In this document: piece by piece, positions 1-8,129 of the stretch
Numbering within the stretch: position 1 is the stretch's first letter
Layout: each line of letters starts with the position of its first letter
IMG/VR virus record: IMGVR_UViG_3300036884_000495
Coordinates: 53,625 to 117,624 of that record
Direction: 5' to 3' (one strand)
DNA: 64,000 nt
From: a virus
Position numbers and translations under genes: made by a program
The notes under the pieces: model-generated
The model's database searches: none
Told to the model about the DNA's origin: nothing
The model's input: only the letters and a program-made list of their open reading frames with translations

Positions 1-184
1 GTGCCCGTGAATAGTCCGCAGAAGCAGTAGAGAGTGAGAACGACACGGAGGCCGGGGCGGCCTCCTGTTGTATGTGCGCAAGTTTCGCCATCTGCGCGAA
101 GGGGTCGAAAGCTAACGGCCCGCCCTGTACTTCAGGAGCCATGCCGTATCTCTCGAACATGGCACGCCAGGTAGGCTCCGTCAT
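1..184 (-). CDS. Hypothetical protein, runs off the left edge of the window
   Basis: ATG at 184 overlaps the stop of the 181..609 ORF (ATGA); frame MTEPTWRAMFERYGMAPE... stays open to position 1. Confidence 0.55.
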   Translation of the reverse strand, partial: MTEPTWRAMFERYGMAPEVQGGPLAFDPFAQMAKLAHIQQEAAPASVSFSLSTASADYSRA

Positions 185-609
185 GGCAGGCCCACCGACT
201 TCGGCGTGTGGTACATCTGCGTTTCTGAGACGGTCTCGTCCATAATGTTCTGGGGTACGAGACCTTGCGCGGCCGCGAGTTGCAGCTTCTTCGCGTCGAC
301 TTTGTACGCCACTGCGAAGGCAACGGAGCCGCCTACGGTGATGTACAGGGGGCGCCCCAGCGCATCGTGTAGTGCCTTGCCATCTACGGCAGGTCTCTTC
401 GAATAAAGATCAAAGTCGCCGCAGGAGACCTGCTGCGCGCGTACTACCTTGTCCGCGGCTTCGAGCTTCTGGTTGTAGTCCTCAACGAGCTGCATGAGCA
501 TGTCGTAGTAGGCGCTGTTGGCTGCTTTGAACTGCATCAGGCGCTGCTTTGCCTGATCAAAGGCAACTACTTCTGGGATGGCGGATGTGGGAACAACGTT
601 GTGGCTCAT
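181..609 (-). CDS. Hypothetical protein (142 aa, N-terminal helical/coiled segment)
   Basis: Abuts the UDG stop codon, genome-typical codon use, part of a tightly packed leftward operon. Confidence 0.7.
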   Translation of the reverse strand: MSHNVVPTSAIPEVVAFDQAKQRLMQFKAANSAYYDMLMQLVEDYNQKLEAADKVVRAQQVSCGDFDLYSKRPAVDGKALHDALGRPLYITVGGSVAFAVAYKVDAKKLQLAAAQGLVPQNIMDETVSETQMYHTPKSVGLP

Positions 610-1479
610 TCAATACTCCTCGTCGCTGGAGGCAGCGGCGTCGATTTGTTCCATGCTTACGGCTTCACCGGGTAGCGTCTCGCCGAAGACGACGCGTACA
701 TATTCGTTGTAGACCTTGCGTACGTTAGTCATCCCCCTCGCGAATCGATCCTTGGGGCTACCGAGTGCGTTGTCTGCGGCGCTGCGCAGAACGAAGGAGG
801 GGTGAAGTAACGGGATGACTGGGTACTCCACGACGTCTTGTTCGGTGTTCGCGACCCACTCTTTGCGCACCCGGTGGTGCCAAACACCTTTCGGAGTAAG
901 AACGGCTTTGAATCCCGCGCCGGGTAAGCGCAGGACAGTACCGGGTTCTCCAGAGGCGTCTGCGCGTAGGTCCCCAGATTCCATGAGGATCTTCACAGGC
1001 CGGCCCAGGATTGTCTCCGCGGCGGCGCCCCCAAGGGTCACGATGAGGATTGGGTCGACTGTGTAGATCTCTTGATGTAGTCGGTCGAAGCAGGCCGCCC
1101 GCTGCTTGGGGGTGGGTGCTTCGTCTTGATCTACGGGCGTTGACTTGCCGTTGCGCGTGCTAAAGCGCTGATGGCCCTCGTTATCGTATTGGTAGGCGAA
1201 GCTACGGCAGCTCACGGTATTCGTGATGTAAAAGTGGTGCAGTTCGATCTGCTTGAGGATGGTGCGTAGAAACACCCCACTCTTTCCAACAAAGGGGCGC
1301 CCCTCGGCGTCCTCTTCGCGGCCAGGGCCTTCGCCAATAAACATAACCCCACCGGGGGTGCCCTCGCCAAAGACGAAGGCGCCGCCAGTTGATTGTCGTA
1401 CTTCACCGAGATTGCAGGCAGTGCATGCCTCCCACTCCTGGCGAAGTACAGTCAGATTCTTTCGTGCATCAGGTAACAA
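610..1479 (-). CDS. udg: Uracil-DNA glycosylase, family 4 (Fe-S type)
   Basis: CTAC plus two further Cys, GEGPGREED...PFVG motif A, TLG and HPS motif B. Start moved to TTG 1479, which has AAGGAGGA (1487-1494, minus strand) upstream. Confidence 0.9.
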   Translation of the reverse strand: MLPDARKNLTVLRQEWEACTACNLGEVRQSTGGAFVFGEGTPGGVMFIGEGPGREEDAEGRPFVGKSGVFLRTILKQIELHHFYITNTVSCRSFAYQYDNEGHQRFSTRNGKSTPVDQDEAPTPKQRAACFDRLHQEIYTVDPILIVTLGGAAAETILGRPVKILMESGDLRADASGEPGTVLRLPGAGFKAVLTPKGVWHHRVRKEWVANTEQDVVEYPVIPLLHPSFVLRSAADNALGSPKDRFARGMTNVRKVYNEYVRVVFGETLPGEAVSMEQIDAAASSDEEY

Positions 1480-1924
1480 GTTTCGGTCCTCCTTGCGGGA
1501 TCGTTTGTGCCACCTGGATGCCTGCCTTTTTCGCACGCGCATGCAGCATGGCCGCGAGGACGCGATCGTATAGCTCCTTGTAGCGCGCGCCCTTGTCTTC
1601 CATGTCCGCGAACAGCCGCAAGTTCGCAATCTGGTACACGTTGATGTCGACCGTGCTGTCTTCCTGGTCTACGGGCGTGCACGTGGCTTGGTAGCCTTCC
1701 TGCAGTCCGGGGCCTTGGGGTGTCATCGCGGGGATAAGGACTGCGTTGCAGTGCAGTTCGATGGCGTCGTACACGACGCACGGAACAACGTCGCGTGTGA
1801 GCGCGATGCCATCCTCTTCGTAGATCCGCATGGGAGCAATACGACCGACAAGGCGGCGAGTGCCGCTGTCGACTATTGCCCAAACAAGTTTGTCGTCGCC
1901 TGCATTTTGTTCTTTGATCGCCAT
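1469..1924 (-). CDS. Hypothetical protein (151 aa)
   Basis: Overlaps both neighbours in operon fashion; its 3' end contains the UDG ribosome-binding site. Confidence 0.7.
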   Translation of the reverse strand: MAIKEQNAGDDKLVWAIVDSGTRRLVGRIAPMRIYEEDGIALTRDVVPCVVYDAIELHCNAVLIPAMTPQGPGLQEGYQATCTPVDQEDSTVDINVYQIANLRLFADMEDKGARYKELYDRVLAAMLHARAKKAGIQVAQTIPQGGPKLVT

Positions 1925-3642
1925 GTGTCGGGAAACCCTATGAGGACTGGTTCATACGGTCCGCCCGCCTCAGTAGGCCAGGACCGCAAGTGGTTTATCA
2001 GTTTACGGGCCATGCCAATGACAGGGCCGATGTTGTCTACGACAGCTAGAAGAACAGGTTGCTTCTTCCCAGGAACGGGCCGTGTGGGCCGCCCTATGAG
2101 CTGCTGTAGTGCATTCGAATCAGAGAACAGCGACGACAGGATGACCGTGTCGAGGCGTGGGTTGTTCATACCCTCCTTGCCGTACTTCATGATGGAGAAG
2201 ATGATGTCGCGTTCTTTTATGAACTTCTGGCGCGTGGCCGGCGGCACCGACTCTGTAAGCATGCCCACGTGCTTTACTTCTTTCGTGAGCTGTTGGATGT
2301 ACTGGCGCTGTCGCTTGGCAAGTTCGTTGTCAAGCTTTACGGCAACTTCGTGTTGCTTTAGCGACTGCAGGCATAGGTTCAAGGAAGCCTGTAGGGTGGC
2401 CGTGTCCGGCCCGCCTGCCGCCTTGGTGATCTGCGCATTGAGTGCCGCTATCTTTCGCTCAAGCTTCTCGCGGTCTCTCTTTTGCAGCAAGATTGGATTG
2501 AGCTGCTCTCCGATATCGGCGAGCGTGGGGAGGGGGATGTCTGTGTACAGCGGGTGTCCCGGGCGTTCCCAACAAGTAGCTAAGTTGACGATTTCTGCGA
2601 CGCTGTTTCCAAGTAGCATCACCGTACGCCCGACGGCATGCGCCTCGTGTACAAGACGTAGCATTTGGTTCATCCGCTCTGGCCACTGCCCGTTGTAGGA
2701 CGTGAGCTTCGAGAGGTGTACTTCTTGGTTGATGTCCATGACCTTGCCAGCCACCAGCGGGTCACGGAGATTGAGTTCGAGACCCGTCCACACGAAGCCG
2801 AAGGACGGCTGCATCAAGGGAGCCAAGTCTTTGATCAAGACAGGGCCTATGTGGCCTTCGGATAGAACATGCAGACCGTCAGAGCGCTCTGGAGTTGCTG
2901 TCAACCCGTAGCGCGCTCCGTAGAACATGTCCGCGGTTTTGGAGAACATAGGCGCCGGACAGTGGTGCGCCTCCTCCCAGAAGATCTGCCCGAACCAACG
3001 GCGCGCTTCTTCTGGGATGGTGTCCGCCCAGTTGGCGATGGAGTGGTATGTGGCGAGTACGAGCCCCTTCTGCCACTCCTTCTTTCCCTGGCCGAAGATG
3101 CCCACACCACCAGGCACGTCGAGGAGGGCCTCTACTTCGCCCATCCACTGGTGCAGAAGGTTGGTGTTGTCGATGATGACGAGCGCGGGGACGCGCCCTT
3201 GTGCGATCTTCTCAAGGGCGATGACGGTCTTACCTCGTCCACAGGCGAGCTGTACAATACCACCGGGTGCACCGAGCATGGCATCTAGACTGCGCTGTTG
3301 GAGCGTCTCCCCCGTGGGCATCAGCACCTTCTTTCCGTCCACTAGCTGCAGTCGGTGATCGAGTTTGATTCGACTTTTGAAGTCGATGGTTTGGTGCGTG
3401 CGCGGGCGGCAATCGATCACGCGGCATGGAAGGCGCGTGGGGTCCCAGTGGTTCCGAGGAAGAAGCAGATGGTGCTGCGATTCTTTCCATAGGTAAAGAA
3501 GCCGCGTATGGCCTTCACCATACGCGGACGCGATCTCGTACGTGAGCGCGCTCTTTACGCTGTTTTGATCGACGTACTTCTTGGGCACCCATAAGAACCT
3601 ATCCAGATAGGCGCATTCTGGGTCCCTTCTTACAATGTACAT
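1873..3642 (-). CDS. Superfamily 2 helicase, XPB/Rad25/UvsW-like
   Basis: Walker A ACGRGKT, Walker B variant EEAHH, motif III LTATPER, KEGMN, motif VI QLIGRPTR. Confidence 0.85.
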   Translation of the reverse strand: MYIVRRDPECAYLDRFLWVPKKYVDQNSVKSALTYEIASAYGEGHTRLLYLWKESQHHLLLPRNHWDPTRLPCRVIDCRPRTHQTIDFKSRIKLDHRLQLVDGKKVLMPTGETLQQRSLDAMLGAPGGIVQLACGRGKTVIALEKIAQGRVPALVIIDNTNLLHQWMGEVEALLDVPGGVGIFGQGKKEWQKGLVLATYHSIANWADTIPEEARRWFGQIFWEEAHHCPAPMFSKTADMFYGARYGLTATPERSDGLHVLSEGHIGPVLIKDLAPLMQPSFGFVWTGLELNLRDPLVAGKVMDINQEVHLSKLTSYNGQWPERMNQMLRLVHEAHAVGRTVMLLGNSVAEIVNLATCWERPGHPLYTDIPLPTLADIGEQLNPILLQKRDREKLERKIAALNAQITKAAGGPDTATLQASLNLCLQSLKQHEVAVKLDNELAKRQRQYIQQLTKEVKHVGMLTESVPPATRQKFIKERDIIFSIMKYGKEGMNNPRLDTVILSSLFSDSNALQQLIGRPTRPVPGKKQPVLLAVVDNIGPVIGMARKLINHLRSWPTEAGGPYEPVLIGFPDTWRSKNKMQATTNLFGQ

Positions 3643-3655
3643 GGTTCTTCCGAAC

Positions 3656-4417
3656 CTAGCCGCCCCACGGAAAATGGTCCATCATGTTCGCCGCGGTCCA
3701 GAGCATCCCCTTCAAACCTGCACGCATCATGCTGTTGCACACCATGGGCAGTAGCTTGCCGTTGTAGGGTTCTGGCACCGTGAGATACGCGGGGACTTGT
3801 GCGCCCATTTGCACGTGGTTCTGTGGAACAAACGCCGGCATGTGTGCCTGCGCGGGGTCCACCATGTACGTGGGCATTTGCTGTTGCGGATACATCGCCT
3901 GTGGCTGCTGCGGGTAGGTCGCCTGCGGTACACGCGGTGGTTGCAGCACAGGCTGCGGTTGTTGTACTTGCTGCTGCGTTATCGGCTGTTGTACTTGCTG
4001 CCGGGCGGCGAGTTGTTGTTGCAGGTCCGCTTGTGTGAACGACCTTTGGGGTTGCTGCAGTGGCACCATTGTGGGCTGCGCGTACTGTGTGGGCATCGGC
4101 CGCATTGGTGCAGACGGTAGCGGGGCGCGCGGCAGCTCCCCTATGATTGGCGGAAATCCCACTGTCCTTGTCTGGTTCAATTGTGTCTCCTGACATGCCC
4201 TGTAGTGAGAGCACTGATTTCGTATTGAGCTATTCCCTGTCCAGAATGTTGGGTCTTCCCCTCCTTTGCATTTCACGTTTGTGTCGCTGTGTAGCTGTCC
4301 GAAGCAGACAGGCCCCGTCCACCCACAGTAATTGCAACGGCTCTCCTCCGAGCCGTCGCTCTTGGCTGTGATGTAAACAGTGCTGCATCTGCAGCTCGGA
4401 CACAGTTTGGTTTCCAT
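3656..4417 (-). CDS. Cys-rich (putative Zn-binding) protein with Gln/Pro-rich low-complexity region
   Basis: CPSC, CNYC and further Cys in the N-terminal third, long Q/P tract, GGAG upstream of ATG. Confidence 0.7.
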   Translation of the reverse strand: METKLCPSCRCSTVYITAKSDGSEESRCNYCGWTGPVCFGQLHSDTNVKCKGGEDPTFWTGNSSIRNQCSHYRACQETQLNQTRTVGFPPIIGELPRAPLPSAPMRPMPTQYAQPTMVPLQQPQRSFTQADLQQQLAARQQVQQPITQQQVQQPQPVLQPPRVPQATYPQQPQAMYPQQQMPTYMVDPAQAHMPAFVPQNHVQMGAQVPAYLTVPEPYNGKLLPMVCNSMMRAGLKGMLWTAANMMDHFPWGG

Positions 4418-4448
4418 GTGTCTCCTTGGGGCTAGGTGTGCTTGCCTC

Positions 4449-4463
4449 CATTTCTCTTATGCC
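4449..4463 (-). promoter_or_regulatory. Candidate phage promoter element GGCATAAGAGAAATG
   Basis: 12/15 match to 20162..20176; both lie about 30-40 nt upstream of the first gene of a leftward operon. Confidence 0.4.
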
Positions 4464-4517
4464 CGACGCTTCGCTACTCTTTCTACTGCGTGATTGTGCT
4501 ACTTTGAGGCGAGGCCT

Positions 4518-6119
4518 ATGGAAAAGATCAGCGGTTTAGTCCTGGATGTATTCGACGACCCCAGTGGTCACGTGCTCAAAAGTCTCTACCCGAAGGCGTC
4601 GGATCTCCCGGAGAACGTGAAGACGGCATCGGTCGTTTCGCGGGATCAGCTTGATCAGCTCCCTGACGACGTCTTCGCCCTTGTTTTGCACCAGGGTGAT
4701 ACGACCCTGAGAAAGTATGCCTGTCTTGACAGCGGGCACACGCTGCTGAACATCGGCTACTTCATAATGAATCACGAGAAGCTGCCTTTGGAGGCAATCA
4801 AGACAGCGGCCTCGAATCTTGTTACGGCCTGTCATTGGTACGACATCGAGCCACCAGAGGAGCTGAAGAAGCTCAGTACAGGGAACATCGATGTCATCGG
4901 CCGCCAACGCATCTGGAAGGATACGGACGGCACGACCTACGGCCATGACAACGCCGGCTGGGATCTACACAAGACCGCTGATGTTGTGGGCACTGCGGAT
5001 ATGCCGAACGCCTTCGGCTTGGACGATCTAAAGAGCCGCCTGAAGACGCCTCTATCCTCGCCCAAGACCGCCGCTGACGGCATGACGAACTTGGTGGATA
5101 CGGACGCCGCCACGAGGGGCGACGAGGATACCATCCTCGAACAAGCGTTCGCCATCCCCGGTATGAATCCTGCGGCGTTTCCGCAGGTGAAGACTACGCT
5201 TAGCCCGCATGTGGACGTGACAAACAAGGAGCCGCCGACGCTCATCGAAGAAAAGAAGGCGAGCTACTACGCGCTTCCCTACGAACGCCGCTACCCGCTC
5301 GATAGCTACGCGCAGGTGAAGGCCGCAAGCGCGTACTTCGACGAATACCAGTGCATGCTGGCCCCCGACGATCGGCACACGTTCGCCGTCAACCTTCTTC
5401 GTCGCGCGGAGCCTCTGGAGATCTCGGTGAGCGATGCGGTACAGAACTACGGGCAAACGAAGTACGCGTCGGCGGAGCACCTAGAGGTGTGTGTCGGCCA
5501 GCGCATTCAGCTTCTTGTACCTCTTGCTGACGGCTTCAATGTGCTGTCGAAGATCGCTGAGATTGTGCCTACGCACGCGCACTTCAAGTCCATGGGCTTG
5601 AACGACGCCGATTCCGCGGACATGGCAACCAATTGGCACAAGCTGAAAGCGCATTTGACAGACGCCGATCACCAGAGCTATCAAGATGCTTTCAAAAAGC
5701 ACGATGCCTCAAAGACCGCCAGCGTACATGCACTCGGTTTGTACCGTGACTTACTCGTGCAGCGCCCCCTGCTGGACCCGGAAGTCTTCGCGCGCACCCT
5801 CGGCGAAGTCGATAAGGTAGCCGGCCTCGACGAGTTCTGGGACCACGATGTCATTGACCCCTTTGCATCGACGTTTCACAAGGCGGCGGAAGAGGACGGC
5901 ACGAAAGACGCACTCGTCGTGGGTAACGAGTACATGAGCCTCAAGGCGCTCAAGTACTTCGTCATGCAGAAGCCTGACGTCCTTCGCCGCAAGTTCAGCG
6001 AGGAGTTCGTCAAAGAGTTCCAGGCGGACCCACAGGGCATCTTCGAGTCATTGCCCATCGACCAGAAGATGGTCATCATGCGCATTGTGAATACAGCCAA
6101 TGAAACAACTGCTACATAG
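4518..6119 (+). CDS. Putative head/inner-virion protein with many KxA motifs and two DUF6582-like repeats
   Basis: GAGG before ATG 4518; repeats LPDDVFAL...RKYACLD and YYALPYERRYPLDSY; KTAS, KTAA, KTAD, KKAS, KIAE, KVAG. Confidence 0.7.
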   Translation: MEKISGLVLDVFDDPSGHVLKSLYPKASDLPENVKTASVVSRDQLDQLPDDVFALVLHQGDTTLRKYACLDSGHTLLNIGYFIMNHEKLPLEAIKTAASNLVTACHWYDIEPPEELKKLSTGNIDVIGRQRIWKDTDGTTYGHDNAGWDLHKTADVVGTADMPNAFGLDDLKSRLKTPLSSPKTAADGMTNLVDTDAATRGDEDTILEQAFAIPGMNPAAFPQVKTTLSPHVDVTNKEPPTLIEEKKASYYALPYERRYPLDSYAQVKAASAYFDEYQCMLAPDDRHTFAVNLLRRAEPLEISVSDAVQNYGQTKYASAEHLEVCVGQRIQLLVPLADGFNVLSKIAEIVPTHAHFKSMGLNDADSADMATNWHKLKAHLTDADHQSYQDAFKKHDASKTASVHALGLYRDLLVQRPLLDPEVFARTLGEVDKVAGLDEFWDHDVIDPFASTFHKAAEEDGTKDALVVGNEYMSLKALKYFVMQKPDVLRRKFSEEFVKEFQADPQGIFESLPIDQKMVIMRIVNTANETTAT

Positions 6120-6127
6120 GCGGCCCA

Positions 6128-6961
6128 ATGCCTACCAATTTCTTCCCGGAGCCCGGCGGCCCTGAAACGAAAGCCGTCGAACAAGTAGCTGCGCGCGGTA
6201 CAAGCGAGGAAACGCCGAAGACCATCGCACGTCTTGTGAACGCACCCTTGGACGGGGAGACGACGCGCGTAAAGGAAACCCTAGAACCGCGCACGCATCT
6301 GGATGTCAAGCCGGCCCCGCGCATCCCCGCGGGCATGAACCTATTCCAGCACCCGGACGCCCACCCATTCGCCTTGGATGTCGCGCTGATGAAGGAGTAC
6401 GGGCCAGAGTGGCTGGAGTGGGAGATGCCCTTGCTCGCCGCGAAGGTCCGCATGGACTTCAAAACACAGAGCATCAGCACCCTGAACATCGACAAGATCC
6501 AAGCGGTGAAGACGCTGCATCTCGTGGACACCTTTTGGTCGGAGTGGCTTGTGTTCAATCCGTGCACGCAGGCGCTGTCTGGTATGCATGCGGAGTTTCG
6601 CGTGCTGAGCGCGCCCACGGTGCCCCAGGCGATGATTGCGGTGGACATCGCGGCGAAGTTGCGAAGTGACCTGCCCTACAGCCTTGAAGTCAAAGGGTTC
6701 TTGTCGGCGGTTCACATTCACGATGGCATGCTTGTACCCATCGATCCGCTCGCCGATTTCGTGGAGGTGGACGCTTCCCGCTATGATGTGGATGTCGCCC
6801 GCGTACGGAAGCTTTGGGAAGGCGTGCGCGCCGCGAACAAGGCGCCCAGTGGGATGACGCCAGAGAACGTACAGCTACAACGAATGCTCGAGGCGCATAA
6901 CATCCTCGAGGATAGCCGGCGGCAGCTCCGCGATCAGCTGCCACTCTTGTACCATGATTGA
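6128..6961 (+). CDS. Hypothetical protein (277 aa)
   Basis: Long ORF with typical codon use, tightly packed between neighbours. Confidence 0.75.
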   Translation: MPTNFFPEPGGPETKAVEQVAARGTSEETPKTIARLVNAPLDGETTRVKETLEPRTHLDVKPAPRIPAGMNLFQHPDAHPFALDVALMKEYGPEWLEWEMPLLAAKVRMDFKTQSISTLNIDKIQAVKTLHLVDTFWSEWLVFNPCTQALSGMHAEFRVLSAPTVPQAMIAVDIAAKLRSDLPYSLEVKGFLSAVHIHDGMLVPIDPLADFVEVDASRYDVDVARVRKLWEGVRAANKAPSGMTPENVQLQRMLEAHNILEDSRRQLRDQLPLLYHD

Positions 6962-8129
6962 CCCATTCCTCCTCGAGTACATGCGTCGTGAGATGTGCAA
7001 GGAAGCAATTCCGTTCGCCGTCCCCCCTTCCTTGCGGTCGGCGGCTCAAAACGCCGGCCGATACCTTGCCCCCGCAGCCCAGAGCGCCGGCAAGTACCTT
7101 ACGCAATCCGCAGGGAACATCGGCGCGGGTATGGGCGTGGGCGCAGTTGCTGGCGGCCTTGCCGGTGGTATCCACGGGGCAGTCAAAGGCTATCGAGGCA
7201 ACCCAGAGGAAGAAGGTAGCGGTGGCGTTATCGGCGCCCTTGGCGGTGGTCTGTCTGGTCTGGGTCGCGGCACCCTGGCGGGAACAGCCATCGGAGGTGC
7301 GGCGGGCTTGGCATCCGGCGGCCGCGGGTCGCAACAGGTGCAGCAGCTTACGAGAGGCGCGTACAACCCCCTTGGCATCGCCGCGCGCATGGGACAGCGC
7401 CAACTGCACTCCGTGACCGGGCTCGTTCCAGGAGGGGCGCAGCGGGGCTCTCAGGAGTACATCAAGGCGCTCACGCAGATCAATGCGGGCGGGCTTCAAA
7501 CAAAAGCGCAGGCGCTTGCCACAGCCTCGAATCCGCAGCGGTCCTTTGTGGGTAAGCTTCTTGGGCGTGCGGCGCCTGTTGCAGACCCCGCGCACGTCAT
7601 GCAGGCACACCAAGCATACGATGCCGCTGTACAGGCCGCGCACGCAGGGCAGACAAGCGTCGTGGGCCTGGGACACAATCTCGCGGAGAAGGGCCTACGG
7701 CGTGGCGGCGCTGACATTCTGCACGCGGCTGGTAGCAACCTAAAGCAGCAGGGTGTCGTCGGCGGGGGCCTTATGCTCGCGGGCGCCGCCGCTCCTATAG
7801 CAATGGCGGCAGCCTCTCAAGATGACCCGAACAACCCCACGAAGGGGAGGAACGTAGGGCAGGCAGCAGGCCAAGGAATCGCGGGTGCGCTCACGCCCAT
7901 GATCGGTTCTACGGGCGCACAGCTTATAGGGCGTGGCGGTAGTGCAGTAGGCGGTACAATCGGGTCGGGCATCGACAAAATAGTAGGTGCAGTTCGCCGC
8001 CCTTCTGGTAGTGGTTTTGGTGCAGGTTCAACCACTCCGGGCGCGCAACCCGACTTGGCCTCGCCGCCCGTACAGCGTGAGTACACCAACGCCGCTCTCG
8101 GCAAACCACCTGAAGGTCTCCAGCTATGA
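6954..8129 (+). CDS. Glycine-zipper protein, putative virion internal protein
   Basis: Leader MIDPFLLEYMRREMCKEA followed by several GxxxG runs (GAGMGVGAVAGGLAGG, GTLAGTAIGGAAG); ATGA overlap with the portal gene. Confidence 0.7.
   Translation: MIDPFLLEYMRREMCKEAIPFAVPPSLRSAAQNAGRYLAPAAQSAGKYLTQSAGNIGAGMGVGAVAGGLAGGIHGAVKGYRGNPEEEGSGGVIGALGGGLSGLGRGTLAGTAIGGAAGLASGGRGSQQVQQLTRGAYNPLGIAARMGQRQLHSVTGLVPGGAQRGSQEYIKALTQINAGGLQTKAQALATASNPQRSFVGKLLGRAAPVADPAHVMQAHQAYDAAVQAAHAGQTSVVGLGHNLAEKGLRRGGADILHAAGSNLKQQGVVGGGLMLAGAAAPIAMAAASQDDPNNPTKGRNVGQAAGQGIAGALTPMIGSTGAQLIGRGGSAVGGTIGSGIDKIVGAVRRPSGSGFGAGSTTPGAQPDLASPPVQREYTNAALGKPPEGLQL

Noticed and set aside
1480-1629. N-terminal extension of UDG given by the ORF track
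   Set aside because: Overlaps the upstream gene out of frame; a strong SD supports TTG 1479
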